A DNA stretch of 34,805 bases from Macrostomum lignano (taxonomy: Eukaryota), in assembly GCA_002269645.1 (NCBI GenBank), contig NIVC01001985.1:1-34805 (forward strand), read 5' to 3'. The position numbers and the translations under genes are program-made. Below the pieces are notes generated by a model, which ran no database searches, was not told where the DNA came from, and was given only the letters and a program-made list of their open reading frames with translations. How positions within the stretch are numbered: the stretch's first letter is position 1; every line of letters begins with the position of its first letter. Below are positions 26,990 through 34,805 of the stretch, piece by piece.

Positions 26990-27860
26990 TCAGTAGGCGG
27001 CTCCAACAATGAGGGGATGCGCCAGCAGCTGCGGCAGGGTCGGCCTGGCCAATGGATTCTTGGCTACGCAGGCCGCATAGAAGGAGCGGAGGCTCTGGCT
27101 CATGCCGCAGCGCAGCAGGGCGTCCTCGGGCAGCGGCTCATCGGTCCGCTTGGCGTGGTACAGGCACTTGAGGAAGCCCGGGCCCTCCTCGCTGTACAGC
27201 GGCGGCACCCCGGTGCACAGCTCGTGCAGGCTGCAGCCGAGCGAGTACACATCGGCGGCCTTCGGGTCGTAGCGCCGCCGACGACGTGTCGGATCCTCGG
27301 CAAATAGCAGCACCTCCGGGGCCATCCACAGCAGGGTGCCAACTCCTGAATGGTACACTTCAGTGGCGTGAATCTTCTTTGACAAGCCGAAGTCAATGAT
27401 CTTCACCAGGCCGGTGGACAGCTGCAGCATGATGTTCTCGCACTTGACATCGCGATGACAGACATTCTGGCTGTGCACATAGTTCAGGCCGTGGCAGATC
27501 TGGCTCAGGTAATTGACGATCAATGACTCTGCCAGGCTGCCGAGGCGCTGCCTGTACAGCCGGAGGTTCTCGCCGTGGATGTACTCCATGCAGATGACGA
27601 GCGAGCCGGGCACCAGCTGGGCGGTGTAGAACTGCACAATGTTCCGGTGCCTCATCGCCTGCATCAGTTCGACCTCGCGCCGGTTGGCCTCGGAGACTGA
27701 GCTAGCCTGGTCAGGCTGGTTGGGCCGAAATGGAGCGGACACCACTTTGAGCACCACGTAGTGACCGTCAGCGCGCTGGGCTTGGTAGACGCAGCCGAAA
27801 TGACCTTGGCTCAGGTACCGAAGGGTGTCGCGGCGGATGTCCAGGCTCTGCAGGAAGCCG
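26990..27860 (-). CDS. Ser/Thr protein kinase domain (STE/MAP3K-like); terminal exon of the ankyrin-kinase gene
   Basis: QGHFGCVY, VVLK, EVELM, HRNIVQFY, MEY, HRDVKCENI, DFG, GTLLWMAPE, DVYSLG, RP; acceptor ttttcatccccag at 27861 (phase 2). The TTG start in the ORF track is intronic. Confidence 0.93.
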
Positions 27861-27944
27861 CTGGGGATGAAAATGGCGATAAAAAATCGGAACTTAGGTT
27901 TTAGCAATTGCGAGTGAAAGATCTTTGTACTTTTCTACGAGTAA

Positions 27945-29395
27945 ACCCTCTTTGAGCTTTGGCATCTCAGCAACCCTCTTTGAGCTTTGGCATCTCAGCA
28001 ACCCTCTTTGAGCTTTGGCATCTCAGCTACCCTCTTTGAGAGTTGGCATCTCAGCAACCCTCTTTGAGCTTTGGCATCTCAGCAACCCTCTTTGAGAGTT
28101 TTGGCATCTCAGCTACCCTCCTTGAGAGTTTTGGCATCTCAGCTACCCTCCTTGAGAGTTTTGGCATCTCAGCTACCCTCTTTGAGAGTTTGGCATCTCA
28201 GCAACCCTCTTTGAGAGTTTGGCATCTCAGCAACCCTCTTTGAGAGTTTGGCATCTCAGCAACCCTCTTTGAGAGTTTGGCATCTCAGCAACCCTCTTTG
28301 AGAGTTTTGGCATCTCAGCTACCCTCTTTGAGAGTTGGCATCTCAGCTACCCTCTTTGAGAGTTGGCATCTCAGCTACCCTCTTTGAGAGTTGGCATCTC
28401 AGCTACCCTCTTTGAGAGTTGGCATCTCAGCTACCCTCTTTGAGCTTTGGCATCTCAGCAACCCTCTTTGAGAGTTTTGGCATCTCAGCTACCCTCCTTG
28501 AGAGTTTTGGCATCTCAGCTACCCTCCTTGAGAGTTTTGGCATCTCAGCTACCCTCTTGAGAGTTTGGCATCTCAGCAACCCTCTTGAGAGTTTGGCATC
28601 TCAGCAACCCTCTTTGAGAGTTTGGCATCTCAGCAACCCTCTTTGAGAGTTTGGCATCTCAGCAACCCTCTTTGAGAGTTTTGGCATCTCAGCTACCCTC
28701 TTTGAGAGTTGGCATCTCAGCTACCCTCTTTGAGAGTTGGCATCTCAGCTACCCTCTTTGAGAGTTGGCATCTCAGCTACCCTTTGAGAGTTGGCATCTC
28801 AGCTACCCTCTTTGAGAGTTGGCATCTCAGCTACCCTCTTTGAGAGTTTTGGCATCTCAGCAACCCTCTTTGAGAGTTTTGGCATCTCAGCTACCCTCCT
28901 TGAGAGTTTTGGCATCTCAGCTACCCTCCTTGAGAGTTTTGGCATCTCAGCTACCCTCTTTGAGAGTTTGGCATCTCAGCAACCCTCTTTGAGAGTTTGG
29001 CATCTCAGCAACCCTCTTTGAGAGTTTTGGCATCTCAGCTACCCTCTTTGAGAGTTGGCATCTCAGCTACCCTCTTTGAGAGTTGGCATCTCAGCTACCC
29101 TCTTTGAGAGTTGGCATCTCAGCTACCCTCTTTGAGAGTTGGCATCTCAGCTACCCTCTTTGAGAGTTGGCATCTCAGCTACCCTCTTTGAGAGTTGGCA
29201 TCTCAGCTACCCTCTTTGAGAGTTTTGGCATCTCAGCTACCCTCTTTGAGAGTTGGCATCTCAGCTACCCTCTTTGAGAGTTTTGGCATCTCAGCTACCC
29301 TCTTTGAGAGTTGGCATCTCAGCTACCCTCTTTGAGAGTTTGGCATCTCAGCTACCCTCTTTGAGAGTTGGCATCTCAGCTACCCTCTTTGAGAA
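27945..29395. repeat. 28-30 bp minisatellite (ggcatctcagctaccctctttgagagtt) filling an intron
   Basis: About 50 units between the acceptor at 27861 and the donor at 29400. Confidence 0.97.
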
Positions 29396-29400
29396 CTCAC

Positions 29401-29564
29401 TGTGGCAGCACCGTCTGGCTGCTGATCAGTCGGGTCATGGTGCCGCTCACTACGGGAGGGGCTGCAGGCGGCGACAGCGGGAACTCCGCTGCTGTCTGAC
29501 AGAGCGGCCCGACTTTGGCGAGACCAGACCGCCAACCAGATTGTTGCTCTGGTTCTCCACCACT
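29401..29564 (-). CDS. Linker exon of the ankyrin-kinase gene (one apparent 1-nt deletion near 29487)
   Basis: Acceptor tttcag|, donor CA|GTGAGT; the 3' end (CA + C = His) joins the kinase exon in frame; the 5' end accepts the phase-2 donor at 30445. Confidence 0.65.
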
Positions 29565-29867
29565 CTGAAATGGTGAAGAATTACGAGCGGATTTAAAATA
29601 AAATCTATGACGCGAAAAGAAGTCAATCTGAATCCAACAAATGTACTTCAAGTGAACATAATACTGAGTCTGGACTATTTAAATGAGACTTGTTTACCTT
29701 TATTTAGGCACCAAGACAGCGAGTGGAAAATCAATCTAGTCAAGCCTTTCTATGAGAGCATGAGAACTCACCCGGAATTTATGAGATTTTCCTGCCTAAT
29801 CTTATCTTCTACTCGTGAAATAGGTTGTCGGTAAGCAGCCAGCGTCCTGGACTTTTCTAGCCAGCCC

Positions 29868-30368
29868 TACTGTAGCTGGTGCCCCCCCTGTAGCTGGTGC
29901 CCCCTCTGTAGCTGGCGCCCCCTCTGTAGCTGGCGCCCCTCTGTAGCTGGTGCCCCTCTCTAGCTGGGCCCCCTCTGTAGCTGGTGCCCCCTCTGTAGCT
30001 GGTGCCCCCCCTGTAGCTGGTGCCCCCTCTGTAGCTGGTGCCCCCTGTAGCTGGTGCCCCCTCTGTAGCTGGTGCCCCCTGTAGCTGGTGCCCCCTCTGT
30101 AGCTGGCGCCCCCTCTGTAGCTGGCGCCCCCTCTGTAGCTGGTGCCCCCTCTGTAGCTGGCGCCCCCTCTGTAGCTGGTGCCCCCTCTGTAGCTGGTGCC
30201 CCCCCTGTAGCTGGTGCCCCCTCTGTAGCTGGTGCCCCCCTGTAGCTGGTGCCCCCTCTGTAGCTGGCGCCCCCTCTGTAGCTGGTGCCCCCTCTGTAGC
30301 TGGTGCCCCCCCTGTAGCTGGTGCCCCCTCTGTAGCTGGTGCCCCCCCTGTAGCTGGCGCCCCCTGTA
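29868..30368. repeat. 18-20 bp minisatellite (tgtagctggtgccccctc) in an intron
   Basis: Direct inspection; the GAPATE / GGTSYR ORFs are artefacts. Confidence 0.96.
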
Positions 30369-30444
30369 GATTAAGCTCATCGCCACAATTCTCGCAGACC
30401 CGTATCAATGGGCAGAGCTAAAAGCAAACAAACCGAGCACTCAC

Positions 30445-31786
30445 TCTTCCCGAGCCGTCTCCATCAGGTTGCGAATGCGCCGAGCCACGCCCGGCTCCAG
30501 CTGCCTGCCTGCGTCGCCAGCCACGGCCTGCATGGCGGCGTTGACCGCCTGCTGCTTCGCGGCGCTGCTTTCCGAGCGCCTCAGCAGCTGCTCCAGAGCC
30601 GCGGCATGGCCGTTGCAGGCGGCCAGCAGGATGGCGACTGGCCGGCCGAGTTCTCGCGCTCCGGCGGGCACCGCGGCTCAGTAGGCGCTCGATGGCTCCA
30701 GCGTGGCCGGACTGGGCCGCCCACATCAGCGGCGTGTGCCGTCCACCTCGTCGGCTTTGTCGGCGTCTGCCCCGGCCGACAGCAAGCGCGTCACCAAGGC
30801 AACGTTGCCAGCCTCGGCCGCCTTGGCCAGAGCGGTGCCGTCGTCGGTCAGCCAGTTGACGTCGGTCCGCCGGTCGGCCAGGAGGACATTCACAACCTCG
30901 ACGGCGTCGGTGTGCACCGCCGTTACTAGCGGCGTCCAGCGCGTGGAGCGGTTCGGCCAGATTCGGGTTGGCGCCGCGGCCAGCAGGGCGGCAGCGACGC
31001 CGGCGTGGCCGTTCAGGGCGGCCAGGATTAGCGGCGTGCGGCCCAGTGCGCTTGTCGGGGTGTCGGGCCGCGCACCGGCTCGCAGCAGGAGCTCCACGCA
31101 CTCGCGGTGCCGTTGCAGGCGGCGTAGGCCAGCGGGCTGTAGCTGTCCAGATCGTCCGGATCAGCGTCCTGGTCCGCATCCGGTTTCGCATCCGGGTCAA
31201 CGGGTGCGCAGAGATTCGGATCGGCTCGGCGATCGAGCAGGAGGCGGACGAGGCCGGGATGGCCGCGGCAGGCGGCCATTGCCAGCGCAGTGCCGTCCGA
31301 GCTCATGGCGTTGGGGTCGGCGCGGGCATCCAGGAGCAGCTTGGCCAGATCCGGCCGGTCGATGCTGACGGCAGCCAGCAGCGGCGTCCAGCGGAGATTC
31401 GGCTCAGCCAGGTTGACGTCGGCTCGAGCCTCAATCAGCTGGCGCGTCAGGCCCGCGTGGCCGCGCCGCACCGCCAGCAGCAGCGCCGGCTTGCCGTCCG
31501 GCCGGCTGACCTGGTTGACGCTGGCGCCGCGCGCCACCAATAGGCGCGCCAATTCCGGACAGTCGCGCCTGTCCTGATCGCAGGCGGCTACCAGGGCCAA
31601 GGCGCGCTCCGGGTTGGCGCCGAATTCCAGCAAGACGGCCGCCGTTTCCAGCTGGCAGGGCAGGGCGGCGGCCAGCGCCAGGGCAGCCGACAGAGTGTCG
31701 GGCGACGGCGGCGTGGAGGTCAGCAGGCGGCGCAGAGCATCGACGCTGTCCCGTTGGACGGCTTCGACTAGCGCGGCGGGAATCAT
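30445..31786 (-). CDS. Ankyrin-repeat exon (about 10-12 repeats) interrupted by ~6 single-base frameshifts
   Basis: Repeated TPLxxAAxxGHxxxVxLLLxxGAxxN motifs continue across ORFs 31028..31786, 30726..31097, 30418..31200 and 30441..30671; start context GCCACCGCCATG; ends at donor GA|GTGAGT rather than at the TGA shown in the ORF track. Confidence 0.85.
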
Positions 31787-32919
31787 GGCGGTGGCCGGCC
31801 TGCGTGCCTTTGGCTCTTCCAGTGTTGCAGCCTGCTGCGCTGTCTTTGCACATTTTTATTGCACTGCGTTCGCCTCTTATATCTGCATGGACTCGATGAG
31901 CAACCTTATTGTTGCCTTTCAATGAGACGCTCAATAGGCTTATTTACAACACAATGGGGGTGAAAAAACAGCTGGCTCGTACAGTGAGAGAGAAAGGCAG
32001 AGAGGGAGTCAGTCTTTCGCCCCAGCGAACTGGCATCATTGCTCTCTTCCTGTTGTTTAGTGCACAATAAAAATATACCCTATAGCTATACACAGGAGGT
32101 GTATAGAAATTTTCAAGCCTAAAAGATGCGACCGGGACCCACATTTGTTTCGTTTTGAATGCTTTGCTTTTTGCTTAGCATTGCGAACGGTTGACAGCTC
32201 GAATATGGGGTTTGAATATTATTTTTTATTGTACTACTATTAGTAAATGTGCACGAGAGGGGCAGATTATTAAATTTTCAAAGAAAAAAATGTGAAGCCT
32301 TCAGGGCAGTTGCAACCTGGCTTGTGTCATGTCTTTGATAAATTTTGCTAGAATTCCATCCATTCTGTCTCTGTCTTCTTGAGTCAATAGGTTAGGTTTT
32401 TAAACTTTGGAACTTTTCCTCAAGATTTCCGGTTCAAATTTATCACGGGAAGCACTACAAAAATTCCCAACTACACTTAATCAGGAACTGAACTTCACTT
32501 CCCCCCCCCTAATGGCACTTTGGGCAGGTCAGCTGTAGCTGACAGTCCTTGTTTCGCAGGCCAGTTTATGGTTTTCTAATCTAAACTGTGCCTAGATCTA
32601 ATTAATGGTTCACATAGATTTGGTGACAGACCTAGTTGCTATGCAAATAGTCTGGCCAGGCCAAATTGCATGGCAAGCCCTGATTGACGCAACTGCGCGC
32701 TCTGCACTCCCGCCGACTGCACGCGTAACTATAAATATGGTTTGAAATTTGCAGTGCGTTAAAATTGCCAGAGTCGCTGCGCAATTTTTCAACTCGAGGT
32801 TAAAATCCGAACAACACAGGTGTAGCAGTTGATGAGCGTTTCAACACTTAACTCTCTACACTGAAGACTGTTTAATTTTGCATTTTTTAATTACGAGAGT
32901 AGATCGATAGGTTCGAAAT

Positions 32920-33146
32920 GCAGAGCAGCTCGCGGCAAAGGCGCCTGACTCTCGGGCCGCGATCCCTTGGTTCGATTCCGTGCGCAAACACTCATTCACT
33001 TGGGGCTTGTGAACGAAAAATTGACCCATGGGTTGAAGTGCGATTCACAGCCATGAGGGCCAACCCCCAGGGCACACAGAGTGTAAATGCCTGACAATTA
33101 AAAAGTCAGGGCCGCTGTTCACCCTGTGTGAGCGTGTGAATGTGAA
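32920..33146 (+). mobile_element. SINE family 2, copy C (full length)
   Basis: Box B GGTTCGATTCC at 32969-32979; CCTGAC-N9-GTCAGG hairpin; GTGTGAGCGTGTGAATGTG tail. Confidence 0.88.
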
Positions 33147-33429
33147 ACCACTTGGGCGATTCAGAAATTTGCAACCCCAGCAACCCCAAACGGTTGTTAT
33201 AATAAAGCACTCCGTGTATAGGCTAGGAATTATGAAGTTTCAGGTTACCAAGTTTTGGGCTTTTGAAAGTACTTTAATAGTTTTGCTCGTGCATCGAACC
33301 CGGAACCTATAGTACACACCAAGCCACCTACCTTTCACTTTATCCGTCCTCTGCCCTCCAGATAGCTCATCAAAGCCAGAATCCGGCCTGAGCTGGCCTC
33401 AGTGCCGTTCTCAGCTGAGTTGGCCGCAC

Positions 33430-34002
33430 CTGTTTGAGAGGCCGGTCTGTCAACAAAATATTGCTGCTCCAGACTGCCAGGGCTCCAGGCACCGCGGCCG
33501 CCTCCAATTTTGCTTTTGCCTGCCGAGACTGCAGTCTCAGCTGCTGCTGCATTCCTTGTGTTTTTCTTTCGGCCTCTTTTGCATTTTGCGCCTGCGTTTT
33601 CTCAGGCTGAGCAGGCGCAGCTCCAGATCCAGCAGCTGCTCCATCATCCGGTCGCGCCGGGCTGCTGGCAGCCGCCGACCGTCAGCTGCGTCGCGATTAG
33701 CGCCGAGACGTCGCACAAGTCGACGCAGTCGCCGTCGCAGTTGGCGCGCGAGCTGGTCTTGTCGCCTACGGTGGCGCCGGCATCGGCGCCAAGTCTAGCG
33801 GTGTCGCAGTCGATGCAGCAACGGCACCACCGAGGCCTGGCATGCTCGGCGATGCCGACTGGCACCGGCTGGCTATCGGACGGCCGCAGCGGCGGCAGGT
33901 CCCTCCTAGAGCAGTCGGCCGGGACTGCCGCCTGTCTGCTGGAGTCAGAGGTCACCAGAGCCGCAGCTGGCAAAGCCAGAATGAGGGCCTCAACAGCAGC
34001 AT
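33430..34002 (-). CDS. Probable first exon of a secreted protein (signal peptide, Cys cluster, helical segment), frameshifted; candidate exon 1 of the FS/Kazal gene
   Basis: ATG CTG CTG TTG plus one base gives MLLLRALILALPAAALVTSDS; then RWCRCCIDC...NCDGDCVDLC; RRDRMMEQLLDLELRLLSL in a further frame; donor CAG|GTGCGG at 33430/33429. Needs several assumed indels. Confidence 0.45.
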
Positions 34003-34100
34003 TGTGCAGAGTTGCTTGACAAAGAAAGACTGGCCGATGAAGCGGTATTCAGGACAGTCAGTGTGCAGGCAGGCTTGCCGGGCTAGTGCCGTTGCATGCA

Positions 34101-34106
34101 TTTATA
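34101..34106 (-). promoter_or_regulatory. Candidate TATA box (TATAAA) flanked by two TGCATGC motifs
   Basis: About 100 bp upstream of the ATG at 34002; sequence motif only. Confidence 0.3.
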
Positions 34107-34805
34107 TGCATGCTGCAGCTGCTACAGAGGCGAGGTGACTGTGCAATCAATACGATCCAATGGGGCCATGGGCCAATAGAAAATTTGCCTAAGCCATCTT
34201 CCTGCCTCTATTTTTGTTCAATGCCGAACCGTTATATTCTATGCTATGCCTTATGCTGTATCTCAATCTCTCCGCAGTGCTGAACCGGTGCGGCGAAGGC
34301 CTATGCTAAATGTATTCGCATTTTTCACCGATCGCTCCTTTCCTTTCCTTCCCACCCCACTTACCCCCCCCCATCCTCCCCTCTATTTGCTGCCGTGTTT
34401 TCCTTGAAATCAGAGCTTCGCAGTGTCCCGCCCTGAATACTAGTATTGCAGCAGGCAGTATATAATATGCAATATATTGAAGCCTTTGCCTACAGCCATT
34501 GGGGGGAATGCAAAGTAAAGCGGACTGTTTATTTGGACCGGCTTTCCAGTCGAGAGGGAGACATTAATTACAAGCGCTGCGCGCGGATTTAAGGAGAGGA
34601 AGAGCAGGTCAGAGCCCTTCTAGTGAGTCAGATTAACAGCATTAGCGGCAGCAGCTTACAGATAATCCCTTCAAGAGATTTGCTTGGCCATCCAAAACTC
34701 TGATAACGGAATCAGAATTTTAATGAATTTCAGTCTTCATCAAGCGATTGCGGCCACGAAGGTCATAAATTGCCGTCATAAATCGATATGAATTTGATTC
34801 CGAAT

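Noticed and set aside
24690-29395. CRISPR-like appearance of the 23-bp and 28-bp arrays
   Set aside because: Units are contiguous with no unique spacers, there are no cas genes, and the context is eukaryotic and intronic.
30441-30444. TGA stop ending the ankyrin protein
   Set aside because: It lies inside a consensus donor GA|GTGAGT whose phase fits the next exon.
32920-33000. tRNA genes at box-B hits (also 3266 and 20970)
   Set aside because: No full cloverleaf; each continues into a SINE body and tail.
33285-33345. Isolated GGTTCGA box-B-like fragment on the minus strand
   Set aside because: Too short and degenerate to call; may be a SINE remnant.

Overview
Eukaryotic (metazoan) genomic DNA, not prokaryotic: GC-rich GT-AG spliced exons are separated by AT-rich introns and intergenic tracts, most of which carry their own tandem repeat. 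The style is consistent with a free-living flatworm such as Macrostomum lignano (inference, about 0.7). Left half: three conserved minus-strand genes in tandem, ZnT7/SLC30A7 (5 exons, 379 aa), POP5 and ATXN10. Each has a 3' splice acceptor within 16 nt of its start, and POP5 has no genomic ATG, suggesting a trans-spliced operon in which the spliced leader supplies the initiator AUG. Middle: nested hAT/MITE elements, a CpG-depleted AT-rich domain, an orphan ORF with Trp in strict heptad register, a deleted Tc1/IS630-like element and tRNA-derived SINEs. Right half: a secreted 6-Cys eclosion-hormone-like peptide gene, a single follistatin/Kazal-domain gene, and an ankyrin-repeat plus STE-type kinase gene that appears nested in its first intron; this part carries many single-base frameshifts that look like long-read errors. 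No rRNA, true tRNA or CRISPR array. All assignments come from manual reading and recalled motifs; no database searches were run.
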